A DNA stretch of 64,000 bases from Candidatus Hadarchaeota archaeon (lineage in GTDB: Archaea; Hadarchaeota; Hadarchaeia; Hadarchaeales; JAGGTB01), in assembly GCA_964384105.1 (NCBI GenBank), contig CAYLJV010000001.1, positions 640,001 to 704,000 of the forward strand, read 5' to 3'. Shown here one piece after another: positions 18,892 to 28,989 of this stretch. Made by a program: the position numbers and the translations under genes. The number at the start of each line of letters is the position of its first letter. The stretch's first letter is position 1. Under the pieces are notes generated by a model. That model saw only the letters and a program-made list of their open reading frames with translations. It did not search any database and was not told the DNA's origin.

Positions 18892-20781
18892 CTACTGGCT
18901 TCTCTTCTCTATTTCCTCCAAGAGGAGTTTATGGACAAGCTTTCCATCTGCTTTACCCCCTATCTCGGCCATCACTAACCCCATTAGAGCATCAGCGGCA
19001 TTTTCTCCTCTTTCTTGGATAAGATCTTCTTTTTTCTCTATTATTTTCTTAACTATTTTCTTTACTTTTTCTTTTTCCATCTTTCGTATTCCTAATTCGT
19101 CTATAGTTTTTTTCACAGGTGACCCCTTTCCTACTTTTTCTAATACTTGTGGAAGGGCGTCCTTTGAAATCACGTCTTCCGAAACCAATTTGAAGACTTT
19201 TTCTAAATCTTCGTATGTGATGTTCTCTGTTTCTATTCCGCTTCTTTTGATTTGTGTAATAGTTTGTTCTAGGGTGGTGGCTACCAGGGTGGGATCAATA
19301 TCTTTTGCGACCATCTTTTCAAAAAAAGATGCATTCTCCGAAATACTCATCTGAGTGGCGAGTTCTTCGCTTAGTCCGTACTCCTCTTGATATTTTTTCT
19401 TTTTATCTTCAGGCTTTTCAGGTAGTTGTGATTTTATCTTTTTCAATTTTTCATCAGAGATTTGGATTGGTGGCACATCAGTTTCTACATACATCCTAGC
19501 GGCTCCGGGGAGAGGTCGCATGTATTGTGTATGTCCATTTGGTAGAGCCCTTCTTGTTTCTTCGGGAACGCCTTCAAATGCTTTTTTTGCACGATCTATT
19601 ATGGCTTCCAAAGCCTTTTTCGCTTTATTCTTTTTGTCAGCAATGATTACTATTGCATCTTCTTCGGAGGCCTCTATCTCTTTCTCCAACTCATTTACTT
19701 CCTTCTCCGTGATTCCATAACCAGGTAATTCGTCTGTATGAAATATTCCTTCTACTTTTCCATAGACTTTTGCATAGTCCGATAATTCGGTTCCAAATCT
19801 ATGATCTGATATAAGTTCTTTTCCTAATAGTCCATCAAATCCATCCAGTTTTATTGCGTATACTCCTCCGTCCGAGATCGCTTTTTTGATTATTTTTGAT
19901 TCAGTTTCAGAAAATATTTCGGTGACGTCATATATTTTCTCTTCAGGTAATGCATGCCCTCTTTTTTCTAGTTCTTTTTTTATCTCGAGTAATCTGACTT
20001 GTCTTTGAACTTCTTTTTTAATCACGGTTGGAATTAACGATAGTTCCTGAACTCCTTTTATCTCTTGTCTAGCCCCAGCTTTTATGGACACGTTTACGTC
20101 TTGTCTGATGGTTCCTATACCTCTCTTAGCTTTTCCAGTTGCTCTGATAATTCTACCAATTTTTAGTGCAGCTTCTGCTGGTGTTTCTGGATCATTGAAG
20201 TCTGGACCTGTTGCAATTTCCAGTAGTGGTATTCCAAGTCTATCTAACTTGTACCTAACAAGATCCTTCTTTTCCTTGACTTTTCTAGCCGCATCTTCTT
20301 CAAGGCAGATTGTAGGTAGACTGATCTCTTTATCTCCGTGTTTTATTTTGCCATCAGTCGCTACCAGTATCGTTCTTTGAAACCCTGCTGTGTTGCTTCC
20401 ATCGATTACTGTTTTTCTCATTATATGGGCTTCATCTACTGGTTGAGAATTTAACAATAGGGAGACTTCTAAAGCAGTATTCAAAGCTTCATTATTCACA
20501 GGATGGGGTGGTTCTTCGTCTAGTTCAACCAGACAAACACTACTTGGATGAACTTCGTATTGGAATCTCTTACTTTTCGCTTCTTCTGCTAGTGCAGCTC
20601 TGTCTATTTCACCTAATTCACTTTCAGTAGGTCTAAGTTCTCTGTTAACGATCATCGAGGGGTCTTCGTCCGTTAGATCAGACGGACAGTCACAGAAAAG
20701 CTTCTTAGTATCTAATTCCTGGTGTATTTCGAATCCGACTTTTAATCCAAGTTCTTTGTAGTTATTTTCTTCCAATTCCAC
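18892..20781 (-). CDS. gatE: glutamyl-tRNA(Gln) amidotransferase subunit E
   Basis: LGLKVGFEIHQEL, KLFC.CP, DEEPPH, MRK.VIDGSNT.GFQRT, RGIGTIRQD, RPLPGAARMY.ETD. Confidence 0.98.
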   Translation of the reverse strand: MELEENNYKELGLKVGFEIHQELDTKKLFCDCPSDLTDEDPSMIVNRELRPTESELGEIDRAALAEEAKSKRFQYEVHPSSVCLVELDEEPPHPVNNEALNTALEVSLLLNSQPVDEAHIMRKTVIDGSNTAGFQRTILVATDGKIKHGDKEISLPTICLEEDAARKVKEKKDLVRYKLDRLGIPLLEIATGPDFNDPETPAEAALKIGRIIRATGKAKRGIGTIRQDVNVSIKAGARQEIKGVQELSLIPTVIKKEVQRQVRLLEIKKELEKRGHALPEEKIYDVTEIFSETESKIIKKAISDGGVYAIKLDGFDGLLGKELISDHRFGTELSDYAKVYGKVEGIFHTDELPGYGITEKEVNELEKEIEASEEDAIVIIADKKNKAKKALEAIIDRAKKAFEGVPEETRRALPNGHTQYMRPLPGAARMYVETDVPPIQISDEKLKKIKSQLPEKPEDKKKKYQEEYGLSEELATQMSISENASFFEKMVAKDIDPTLVATTLEQTITQIKRSGIETENITYEDLEKVFKLVSEDVISKDALPQVLEKVGKGSPVKKTIDELGIRKMEKEKVKKIVKKIIEKKEDLIQERGENAADALMGLVMAEIGGKADGKLVHKLLLEEIEKRSQ

Positions 20782-20784
20782 ACC

Positions 20785-22110
20785 CTATATTTCTTGTTTT
20801 GGATAAGTATCTGGTAGAGTTCTAGATGTTATCTCTCCTGCGATATTTTGTGTCATTAATGATTCAATCTCTTCCAAATCTTGAGTTTTATCTAGTACCC
20901 ACATCAGCTTTACATAGGCAGTCTCAGGTAACATATCTTCTACAGGAAGAACCCCAAATTCTAACAAATCTCTGCCAGAGGAGTAAACTCTCATATTTGT
21001 TCGGCCCCAGATACACTGTGAAGTCATGACGACCGGTATTTTCTTTTCTATTGCTTTTTTGATTCCAGAATACAATGATTCAGGAGTATGACCCAATCCA
21101 GTTCCTTCCAGAACTATCCCCTTATAGTTCCTGTCAAGTAAATTTTCAATAATTTCACTTTGGATGTTTGGAAATACTTTGACAAGGGCTACTTTTTCTT
21201 CAAAACCGTCTTTTATCTTGACCTTCCCTTTGTTATCCCTACCTCGTTTTTCTTGGAAGAATCTCACTTTAGTTCCTTCAACTTCCCCCAAAGGTTGGCA
21301 ATTTATACTCTGAAAAGCATCTCTTCTGCTGGTGTGACATTTTCTTACTTTAGTCCCTCTATGAATAAAACAGGTTTTATCTTCGGTTGAGCTATGCATG
21401 ACAACACAAACTTCACCTATATCTGAAATCGCTGTTGAAACTGCTCCAGTGAGATTGAGAGTAGCATCGCTACTTGGTCTGTCCGAAGACCTTTGGGAGC
21501 CTACAAGAACAACAGGTTTCGTGAGATTATTTAGCATGAAACTGAGTGCTGAAGCAGTATATCCCATAGTGTCGGTACCATGAGCTATTACTACGCCCTG
21601 TGCTCCTTTGTTTAACTCTTCTGCTACCGCATTGCCTATTTTGGACCAGATTTTTGGAGACATATTCTCACTTAAGACGTTGCATACTGTTTTGGTTGTA
21701 ACGTTTGCTATTTCGGCGACTTTAGGAGCAGAATTGTAAATTTCCTCTGGAGAAAATGCGGGATGAACCGCCCCAGTTCGATAATCAATTCGAGAGGCTA
21801 CAGTTCCACCCGTTCCGATTATTGTAATTTGTGGTTTATCTTTCGATGTCTTTACTAGTGGTGTTTTTTTTTCTATTTTTGCTTCCTTGCCTTCCTTGAT
21901 CTTCTCTAGCTTGATATTCTCGTCAACCTTGATCCCTATATTATAACCATTGTCCAGTTTCAACGTAATATGTTCTGATCCTTTTCCTTCAGTCCTTGGC
22001 ATCAAAATACCGTTGAAAACTTGAGAATCTCGCTTTACTTTTATTCGATCTCCAGGTGTGGCCGATATCGATTCTAATAACTCTCTGCTTTTTCTTCCAT
22101 ACCCATTCAT
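20785..22110 (-). CDS. gatD: glutamyl-tRNA(Gln) amidotransferase subunit D
   Basis: KLDNGYNIG, GTGGTVASRIDYRTGAV, HGTDTM, GSQRSSDRPSSD, HTSRRDAF; upstream of gatE. Confidence 0.98.
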   Translation of the reverse strand: MNGYGRKSRELLESISATPGDRIKVKRDSQVFNGILMPRTEGKGSEHITLKLDNGYNIGIKVDENIKLEKIKEGKEAKIEKKTPLVKTSKDKPQITIIGTGGTVASRIDYRTGAVHPAFSPEEIYNSAPKVAEIANVTTKTVCNVLSENMSPKIWSKIGNAVAEELNKGAQGVVIAHGTDTMGYTASALSFMLNNLTKPVVLVGSQRSSDRPSSDATLNLTGAVSTAISDIGEVCVVMHSSTEDKTCFIHRGTKVRKCHTSRRDAFQSINCQPLGEVEGTKVRFFQEKRGRDNKGKVKIKDGFEEKVALVKVFPNIQSEIIENLLDRNYKGIVLEGTGLGHTPESLYSGIKKAIEKKIPVVMTSQCIWGRTNMRVYSSGRDLLEFGVLPVEDMLPETAYVKLMWVLDKTQDLEEIESLMTQNIAGEITSRTLPDTYPKQEI

Positions 22111-22170
22111 ACAAATTCCTAATCAAGAATAGTGATAGAAAGGTTTAACTTTTAGTGAATCTCTTTGTAA

Positions 22171-24111
22171 TTATTCTTCGAGGTCAAAAGGTGAGATGTA
22201 ATCTCCGTATTCATCTCTTGCATTTTTTAGCCTTTCTCTCTGTTTTTTTATCTCTGAAAAGAGTTTTTTAGGTACGTCTTTTACATCGCTTGAGTAAATC
22301 TGCTCTACTCTTTCTAACTTTGAGAGGTGTTGTGGGACCCTTATTGTGAATTGTTTTTCATAATCTTCCTTAGAGTATTTTTTTCCTAGAACTTTATCGA
22401 ATAACTTTTTTAGATCATTGTATTTTGGTATGAAGCCGGTTGGTGTTTCGATTGCATCGACTTCATTGTGAGTTCTGAGTTCCATCCATTTTAGCCAAAC
22501 TTTTTTGTCGTGCATACCATTTAGATAATTTCCATTTTCATCTTTTAGGAAATAGTTGGCCGAGAAGATTGAGGGGGGGTCGTTTAATTTCTTACCGAAT
22601 TCGATTTGATTTTCAATGTATTTACCGATAGAGATTGATAGGAAATCTAAGTTTGACATTGGATTGAATCTTCTAGAGCCGCTTTTTCCGAGAGTGGCTG
22701 ATGTGGTTTCGGATTCTAATAAGGCTCCTTTGGTTAGAATTCCGTGATCCCAATTGTAAGCTTCTTCTACTGGTACCCAAGTGTCTGAGTCACGCCCACC
22801 GTAAATTATCCCGTCAAGTTTCACACCATCGGGGTTCTCTAGATTAGGGTCCTTTATTTCTAAATCCGAAATTCTTAGAGTATATCTTGCATTTCGATGT
22901 GATGGATCTATCAATTCTCCGTTTGAGTCTTTCTTCCCTTTGTACCATTTGCCCGAATGGTTTATACCTTCATCAGGGATCTCCTTTCCCATTCCTATCC
23001 AGTAGGGAACACCATTTTTCACTAGAACATTAGTAAATATGACTTCACCAGGAGTAGTGACAACTCTCCAGATTACGGGGTCGTCTTCGGGATTAACATC
23101 TCTTATGATCCCGAATATTCCATTTTCGGGATTTACTGCTCTTACTTCGTTATCGATCTCTCTCAAGTATGCGATATCATCTCCAATTAGAGTTGAATCT
23201 TTTGACATAGCAGTGGAGGTTTTACCACATGCAGAAGGGTAAGCCCCACTGAAGTAAGTGATTCTATCTCCTGGTCCTTTCACACCCATGATGAACATGT
23301 GTTCTGTGAGCCAACCTTCTTCAGAAGCTTTCTTTATAGCCAGTCGCATGGATAGCTTCTTGTTGCCAATAGTATTTCCGCCGTATTGGGTATTTGTGGA
23401 GAACACAATTTTATCATCTATATCCGTGTAGATTCTTCTTTTGTCAATGTTTTTAGAGACGTTGTTTTCTAGAACTCCGGCTGAATGTACAAATTTAAAG
23501 AAGTCTTTTTCGCTTTCAAATTCTTTCCTTTTGAATAACTTGTATCCATCCCGGTATAATATGTCTTCAGCATGAGCTACATATGCAGAATCCGTGAATT
23601 GTAGAGAAGGGATTGAGAATTCCGATTTTTTTGGACCAAGACAGAAAAAGCAGATAAAAGCTTCTTTTCCTTCCATTATGTTTTCTAAATATTTATGGAT
23701 TTCATTAAGGCCTTTGCTTCTATCTATAGAATTGAATTGCGGTCCTATGTCTTTTCCAGGAGGGAATAGGAATTTAGTATTTTCTTTATCTCTCGCTTGA
23801 TCGTTGTAGCCATCATAATGAACTGTGTGACCCTCCTTCTTCAGTTTCTTTTCTTCTCCTCTTTCCAGAGACTTTTTTCTTATATATTCTGCATCCTCAT
23901 TTGAATTTGATCTAACAAATACAGAATCGGGATTACAGTGTTTTACATATTTAGCTACAAAGTCAATGACTTCTGGACTGTTGAGCTCCAACAATTTTTC
24001 GAATCCGGCATCTCCACATTTTTTCCTTAGTAGTTTCTCTTCATTTTCCACCTTGGGTAGAAGTCCTGTTCTTATTAGACTTTTTTTAGCTTCTTTTGCT
24101 GTTTTGGTCAT
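22171..24111 (-). CDS. pckG: phosphoenolpyruvate carboxykinase (GTP-dependent)
   Basis: QYGGN, WLTEHM, GAYPSACGKTST, IGDDIA, NPENG.FG, HRNARY, YGGRD, ETTSAT, NPMSN. Confidence 0.95.
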   Translation of the reverse strand: MTKTAKEAKKSLIRTGLLPKVENEEKLLRKKCGDAGFEKLLELNSPEVIDFVAKYVKHCNPDSVFVRSNSNEDAEYIRKKSLERGEEKKLKKEGHTVHYDGYNDQARDKENTKFLFPPGKDIGPQFNSIDRSKGLNEIHKYLENIMEGKEAFICFFCLGPKKSEFSIPSLQFTDSAYVAHAEDILYRDGYKLFKRKEFESEKDFFKFVHSAGVLENNVSKNIDKRRIYTDIDDKIVFSTNTQYGGNTIGNKKLSMRLAIKKASEEGWLTEHMFIMGVKGPGDRITYFSGAYPSACGKTSTAMSKDSTLIGDDIAYLREIDNEVRAVNPENGIFGIIRDVNPEDDPVIWRVVTTPGEVIFTNVLVKNGVPYWIGMGKEIPDEGINHSGKWYKGKKDSNGELIDPSHRNARYTLRISDLEIKDPNLENPDGVKLDGIIYGGRDSDTWVPVEEAYNWDHGILTKGALLESETTSATLGKSGSRRFNPMSNLDFLSISIGKYIENQIEFGKKLNDPPSIFSANYFLKDENGNYLNGMHDKKVWLKWMELRTHNEVDAIETPTGFIPKYNDLKKLFDKVLGKKYSKEDYEKQFTIRVPQHLSKLERVEQIYSSDVKDVPKKLFSEIKKQRERLKNARDEYGDYISPFDLEE

Positions 24112-24182
24112 TTTATCTCCAACTTTTTTCTTATCTTTTACCTTTCCTACTACCTAAAAGGTAAAGGTTTAAATGGTTTATG

Positions 24183-24197
24183 TTAACAAAATGTTAA
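24183..24197. promoter_or_regulatory. putative Lrp/FFRP operator
   Basis: Perfect inverted repeat TTAACA-AAA-TGTTAA between the TATA box (24168-24174) and the ATG of the Lrp gene. Confidence 0.55.
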
Positions 24198-24201
24198 GTG
24201 T

Positions 24202-24666
24202 ATGAAAAGACTGGATGAAGATATATTATTACAACTTTTAGAAGATGCGGAACAACCTGTCGTCGACATAGCAGATAAGGTGGGAGCCTCTAGACAGACA
24301 GTTTCAAAAAAGATTGATCAATTTAAAGAAGAAGGAATAATAGAAAATTTCAAAGTTAAAGTAAATCCCGATAAGTTGGGACTGAAGGTTAGAGCTTTCG
24401 TTTTTCTTCAAGAGGATCCAAAGGACGATATGAGAAAGGAAATTCAGGAAAAAATCAACAACTTTACTCAAGTTACTGAGTTTTTGAGGGTTTTTGGCAG
24501 GTATAGTGGTATATTAGAAGTTTGGACAAAAGATAAAGAGGAATTGACCTCTTTAGTAAAAAATATTCATAATTTGGAAGGAGTAAAAGAGACAGAAACT
24601 TTCATAGTTCACGACGTGATAAAAAGCAAAGCGGAAGATCCTTTGATAGAAGTCCTGAGAGAATAA
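24202..24666 (+). CDS. Lrp/AsnC family transcriptional regulator
   Basis: LD..IL..L..DA......IA.KVG.S..TV..KI......GII..F...VNP.KLG HTH plus C-terminal RAM domain (V.G.Y, I..L.GV..TET). Confidence 0.93.
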   Translation: MKRLDEDILLQLLEDAEQPVVDIADKVGASRQTVSKKIDQFKEEGIIENFKVKVNPDKLGLKVRAFVFLQEDPKDDMRKEIQEKINNFTQVTEFLRVFGRYSGILEVWTKDKEELTSLVKNIHNLEGVKETETFIVHDVIKSKAEDPLIEVLRE

Positions 24667-24673
24667 TCTGGTT

Positions 24674-26278
24674 TTATATGTTCTTGGCCATATATGGCCC
24701 CTCTAGTTTGTACCCGAATTTCCTGTAGTAAGGCCTTGTTCCTATTCCTGATAGTATATACATTTTATTTGAGTCATAATTTTCTGAGGCTATTTTTTCT
24801 GCTTCTACGAGCATCCTTTTTCCTAACCCTATATGTTGCCATGCATTATCATGAGAATCCTCGCCGACCGAAACTAGTTCACCAAAAACGTATAGCATTC
24901 TGATGAGAGAGGTATCTTCAGAGATCTCTTTTTGATGTGCGTGTTCTGAAGGTATCCTCAATCGTAAATGTCCAAAAATAAGATCATTCTTAAGATCTTC
25001 AAGGGAGATAAAAATTTCTTTTCCTTCGGAAGCTTCATAATTTTCTACAATTAGCTCTATATTCGAAGGATCAGGTTCTACCTTTTCTTTTAACATTTTG
25101 TGGCCAACTTCTCTACATCTGATACACTTACATTTTTCGCCTTCTTTGGCAAGCTTTTTTTTGGCAATATTTCGAATATTTCCTTTTTTTACTCCCGCTT
25201 CTATTAAGCCAGAGGGAATATCCCTTTGTATTCTTTGTATCCTTGTCCATCTTGGGATTTTTTTCTTAATTTCAGAGATTAGGTCTACCGCTTCCTGCCC
25301 GTCTAGTGGATCGAATTTGCCTGATTTCCATAATTCATGAAGTTTTGTGCCTTTTGTAACGAGACAAGGGTATATTTTCAACATATCGGGACGAAACTCG
25401 GGTTTATCAAAAATAGTTTCAAAGGCTTCTAAGTCTCTTTGAGGAGATGATCCGGGTAGTCCAGGCATCATATGGTATACTATCGCAAGACCCGCATCTT
25501 TAGCGATTCTAGTAGCTTCGATTACGTCATCGACAGTATGCTCACGATTTATTATTTTGTAGATGTCATTGTAGATCGTTTGAACTCCGAGTTCTACTCG
25601 AGTACCTCCAAATCTGAGCATTTGGTCCACGTGATTTTCTTTTGAGTAGTCCGGACGGGTTTCGAAAGTTATCCCGATAGTTCTTATATTCGCGTTTTCT
25701 GCTTTCCTTTTTGCAGTCTCTAGGTCTGGGGTTTCTATTTCGGAAATCTCATCGATACAGGCGTGCATAAATTCCTCTTGGTACTCAAGCGGTTGAGCAA
25801 GAAATGTTCCACCAAATATTATCAGTTCGACTTTGTCAACTTTATGTCCAATAGCTCTTAATTGGGATTTCCTCATTTGAATCTGCTTTTTTGGATCGTA
25901 ATCTGCGTTTAAGGCCCTTGCTGATGCGGGTTCCTTACCTGTATAACTTTGAGGTGTATTCTCAGCTGGACCGCCTGGACAGTAGATACAAGGTTTATCT
26001 TTTGGACATTCGTATGGCTTTGGCATCACGGTTATAACTGTGACACCAGAAATAGACCTAACAGGTTTTTTGCGAAGGATTTGAACTGCATTATCCTTTT
26101 CTTCTTCATTTGCAATATCTAAAATCTCGGCGTTGCTAGGAACTTTAGGTAGATTAAAGGCTTTGCTTTTACGTCTCTTGGCTTTTTCTAACTCTCCCTT
26201 ATCCGAAATTTCGCCGGCTAGGATATCTTCTAACAATTTTCTTTTTACTTGTCTCATCGCTTTGGAATTAGTCATCAT
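24674..26278 (-). CDS. elp3: Elp3 tRNA uridine(34) acetyltransferase (radical SAM + KAT)
   Basis: RSISGV, C-x5-C-x2-C cluster (CPKDKPCIYC), PQSYTG.EP, ETRPD, ELGVQ, KIYP, CIRCRE, WQH.GLG, SGIG.R.YY. Confidence 0.95.
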   Translation of the reverse strand: MMTNSKAMRQVKRKLLEDILAGEISDKGELEKAKRRKSKAFNLPKVPSNAEILDIANEEEKDNAVQILRKKPVRSISGVTVITVMPKPYECPKDKPCIYCPGGPAENTPQSYTGKEPASARALNADYDPKKQIQMRKSQLRAIGHKVDKVELIIFGGTFLAQPLEYQEEFMHACIDEISEIETPDLETAKRKAENANIRTIGITFETRPDYSKENHVDQMLRFGGTRVELGVQTIYNDIYKIINREHTVDDVIEATRIAKDAGLAIVYHMMPGLPGSSPQRDLEAFETIFDKPEFRPDMLKIYPCLVTKGTKLHELWKSGKFDPLDGQEAVDLISEIKKKIPRWTRIQRIQRDIPSGLIEAGVKKGNIRNIAKKKLAKEGEKCKCIRCREVGHKMLKEKVEPDPSNIELIVENYEASEGKEIFISLEDLKNDLIFGHLRLRIPSEHAHQKEISEDTSLIRMLYVFGELVSVGEDSHDNAWQHIGLGKRMLVEAEKIASENYDSNKMYILSGIGTRPYYRKFGYKLEGPYMAKNI

Positions 26279-26416
26279 GATTTTGGAGATAATTGAATGA
26301 TATTAAAGTCAGTTTCATTTTTTCTGGGGTCTATATACTTGTTCTTATCTTTTGTTGAAAATAAAAGGTAAATTGTTTTATGGTATGTTCTAAAATGGGT
26401 ATAAAGTGGGTAATAC

Positions 26417-27622
26417 ATGAAAAGGCTAGCTGACTACAGGAATCTAGTGGGCGAATCAAAGGTTTCCGAAATCTATCGAAAGGGGAGTAAGCTTTCTAAA
26501 TACCATATTCTACACGTTAACTCCACTTATTATGGTGGTGGAGTAGCAGAAATATTGAGGAATATGACTCTGTTACTGAATGAAATTGGAGTAGATTGTG
26601 GTTGGCGTGCGATGATTGGGAGTCCAGATTTCTTCAGGGTAACTAAAAAATTTCATAATGCCTTACAAGGTGCTGAAATAAATCTGACCCGCATGAAAAA
26701 GAAGGTTTATGAAGCAGCGAGCGAGGAATTCTCTACATTTACTCATGTCGATCATGATCTGGTTATTATCCATGACCCACAGCCGCTCCCCCTGATAACT
26801 TGTTACCGGAAACATCAGCCATGGATGTGGAGATGCCATATTGATCTTTCGGCTCCAAATGAGGAATTGTGGGATTATTTGAAGTCTTTCATAATTTCAT
26901 ACGATCAGAATATATTTCAAATGGATGAATTTGCGGCAAAAGGTGTATCAGGTGACTATAAGATTATCAGACCCTCGATAGATCCTTTGACGGTTAAAAA
27001 CCGCGATATCGGAAAAAAAACAGTAAATAAATATCTAAAAAAATTTGGAATAGATCCATCTAGGCCAATTATCTCTCAGATATCTCGATTTGATAGGTTT
27101 AAGGATCCTTTAGGCGTTCTTGAAGTATTCAAGAGGGTAAAAGAAGAGATGGATTGTCAGTTGGTTATGATCGGTTCAATGGCTACAGATGATCCAGAGG
27201 GTCAGGAAGTCTATGACCAAACTAGAAGAGAAGCAAACGGGACGGATGATGTAATATTGATCGCTGATGCTCACGATATAGTAGTAAATGCTGTACAAAG
27301 AGCATCTGATGTGGTCTTGCAAAAGTCCCTGAAAGAAGGATTTGGTCTCACTGTTTCAGAAGCGTTGTGGAAGGAGACACCTGTTGTGGGAGCCAATATT
27401 GGTGGTATACCAACTCAGATAGTAGACGGTGAAACTGGATATCTTATTGATCCCGAAAACTTAGATGAAGTCGCTGAAAGGGTTATGGATATTCTGTCTG
27501 ATGAGCATTTGAAAGATGAAATGGGTAAGAAAGGTAAAGAAAGGGTGAGGAAGAAGTTCCTCATAACTCGCCAGATTGAAGATTGGTTGGATGTTTGGTT
27601 GGATTTTTTACCCCAGCTGTGA
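26417..27622 (+). CDS. treT: trehalose glycosyltransferring synthase TreT (GT4)
   Basis: HVNSTYYGGGVAEIL, TKKFHNALQG, IHDPQP, WRCHID, SRFD.FKDP.GV, QKS.KEGFGLTVSEALWK. Confidence 0.9.
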   Translation: MKRLADYRNLVGESKVSEIYRKGSKLSKYHILHVNSTYYGGGVAEILRNMTLLLNEIGVDCGWRAMIGSPDFFRVTKKFHNALQGAEINLTRMKKKVYEAASEEFSTFTHVDHDLVIIHDPQPLPLITCYRKHQPWMWRCHIDLSAPNEELWDYLKSFIISYDQNIFQMDEFAAKGVSGDYKIIRPSIDPLTVKNRDIGKKTVNKYLKKFGIDPSRPIISQISRFDRFKDPLGVLEVFKRVKEEMDCQLVMIGSMATDDPEGQEVYDQTRREANGTDDVILIADAHDIVVNAVQRASDVVLQKSLKEGFGLTVSEALWKETPVVGANIGGIPTQIVDGETGYLIDPENLDEVAERVMDILSDEHLKDEMGKKGKERVRKKFLITRQIEDWLDVWLDFLPQL

Positions 27623-27652
27623 TTAAGGATTGATCTACTGGTTTGTTTTTCA

Positions 27653-28465
27653 ATGAAAGAGAGAATAACAGATTTCGTTGAGAAAGAAAAGGTAGTAGAG
27701 TTAGATAAGAGAGACAAGGCGGTATTTGTAGGAGATACTCATGGTGACCTCGAAGCATCGGAAAAAATATGGGATTTTTTTAGAGATGAAGTGATCGGAG
27801 GACAAACATATCTGGTTTTTCTGGGGGATTACGTTGATAGGGGAGCTAAATCAAAAGAAAATATTGATTTTTTGCTTTCAAAAAAGAGAGAATGCTCAAA
27901 CGGGATTATTCTCTTACTTGGAAATCATGAGGCATATCATCTCAAAAATTTGACACCTGCGGATTTTTGGAAAAGTTTGGGTGAAGATGAGTACGATTAC
28001 TATAAAGACCTATTGTCTTTACCTTGGATTGCTGAGACCCGTAACTTGGCGGCTATGCATGGGGCTTTGCCTTTTGTCTCAAATTTAAGTTATTTGAAAA
28101 ATTCAGATGAATCTGTGTTCGAAAAAGAAAATGAAGTTGGATTTCCCATTTGGGTATCTGTGACTTGGGGTGACCTGAATTATGATATCTCAGGAGCACA
28201 GATTGATCCTCTTACCTGTAGACCTCAGTTTGGAAAAGAGATATTCTTGAAATATATGCAAAAGCTTGGGTGGAACATTCTGATAAGGTCACATCAACCG
28301 GGAATGCAGGGCTGGTCTTTTTCCAATAACGTGCTAACAATTTTTACATCCCAAGCTTATGTGGATATGAATCGAGCACAAGAAAGAAGTATAGCGGTGG
28401 TCGATTTGAGGGAATGTGTTGAAAGAAAAAGGAATATAGAAATTTTGAGCTTGAAAGAGTTTTGA
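27653..28465 (+). CDS. PPP-family metallophosphoesterase (Ser/Thr protein phosphatase-like)
   Basis: GDTHG, GDYVDRG, LGNHE, MHG, W.D, IRSHQ, TIFTS. Confidence 0.88.
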   Translation: MKERITDFVEKEKVVELDKRDKAVFVGDTHGDLEASEKIWDFFRDEVIGGQTYLVFLGDYVDRGAKSKENIDFLLSKKRECSNGIILLLGNHEAYHLKNLTPADFWKSLGEDEYDYYKDLLSLPWIAETRNLAAMHGALPFVSNLSYLKNSDESVFEKENEVGFPIWVSVTWGDLNYDISGAQIDPLTCRPQFGKEIFLKYMQKLGWNILIRSHQPGMQGWSFSNNVLTIFTSQAYVDMNRAQERSIAVVDLRECVERKRNIEILSLKEF

Positions 28466-28533
28466 GTTTTTTATGAGTCGAGTTTTATGATAATCGCTAC
28501 AAAACCTTTTTTATTCAATATTTTGAATAGTAT

Positions 28534-28620
28534 GCGGAGGAGTTATGAAACTCCTAAAGAGAGGCCGGTTCTTCACCTCCCCTGAAGATCTTTTTAAAAT
28601 ACCGGCCTCCCTCCCCTTTC
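28534..28620 (+). ncRNA. candidate structured small RNA with two CCUCCCC single-stranded motifs
   Basis: GC-rich intergenic island with three perfect helices (28538-44/28549-55, 28561-69/28601-09, 28570-75/28583-88), preceded by a TATA-like element at ~28507-28515; strand is inferred. Confidence 0.5.
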
Positions 28621-28735
28621 TACGAAGTAATTCATTCGGCCGCTGGGATTAATTGTTTAAATTCAAAAACTATTGATAATTCAACTAGAATTCTAATATG
28701 ATTTGAACTATAACTATTGATTTAGAGGTGTTAAT

Positions 28736-28945
28736 TTGCGCTATTTTACGATTATTGGGATAATTTTTTTAGTTCTAGGGGTTGTCTTTCTTTTATTTTC
28801 GTTTTTACAAAATTATATTTCGTTTGAAAGTATCCCCTCGTGGCTTATTTACGTTTACAAAGGAGACAATTTTTACTTTGCTACTTCACCTATCCTGATA
28901 CTTATCTCTATTTTGATTATAATTTTGAACTTATTTTTCGATTGA
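28736..28945 (+). CDS. small membrane protein (2 TM helices)
   Basis: SD GAGGTG before TTG; two hydrophobic segments around Y.YK.DNFYFATSP. Confidence 0.7.
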   Translation: MRYFTIIGIIFLVLGVVFLLFSFLQNYISFESIPSWLIYVYKGDNFYFATSPILILISILIIILNLFFD

Positions 28946-28989
28946 GCAATAATTAAAAAAAGAAAAGGCTTCGAGAAATGAGTTAAAGC

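Noticed and set aside
28545-28590. Hammerhead ribozyme (GAAA and CUGAAGA both present)
   Set aside because: Stems II and III and the NUH cleavage triplet cannot be formed in the required arrangement; CUGAAGA is paired in a hairpin.
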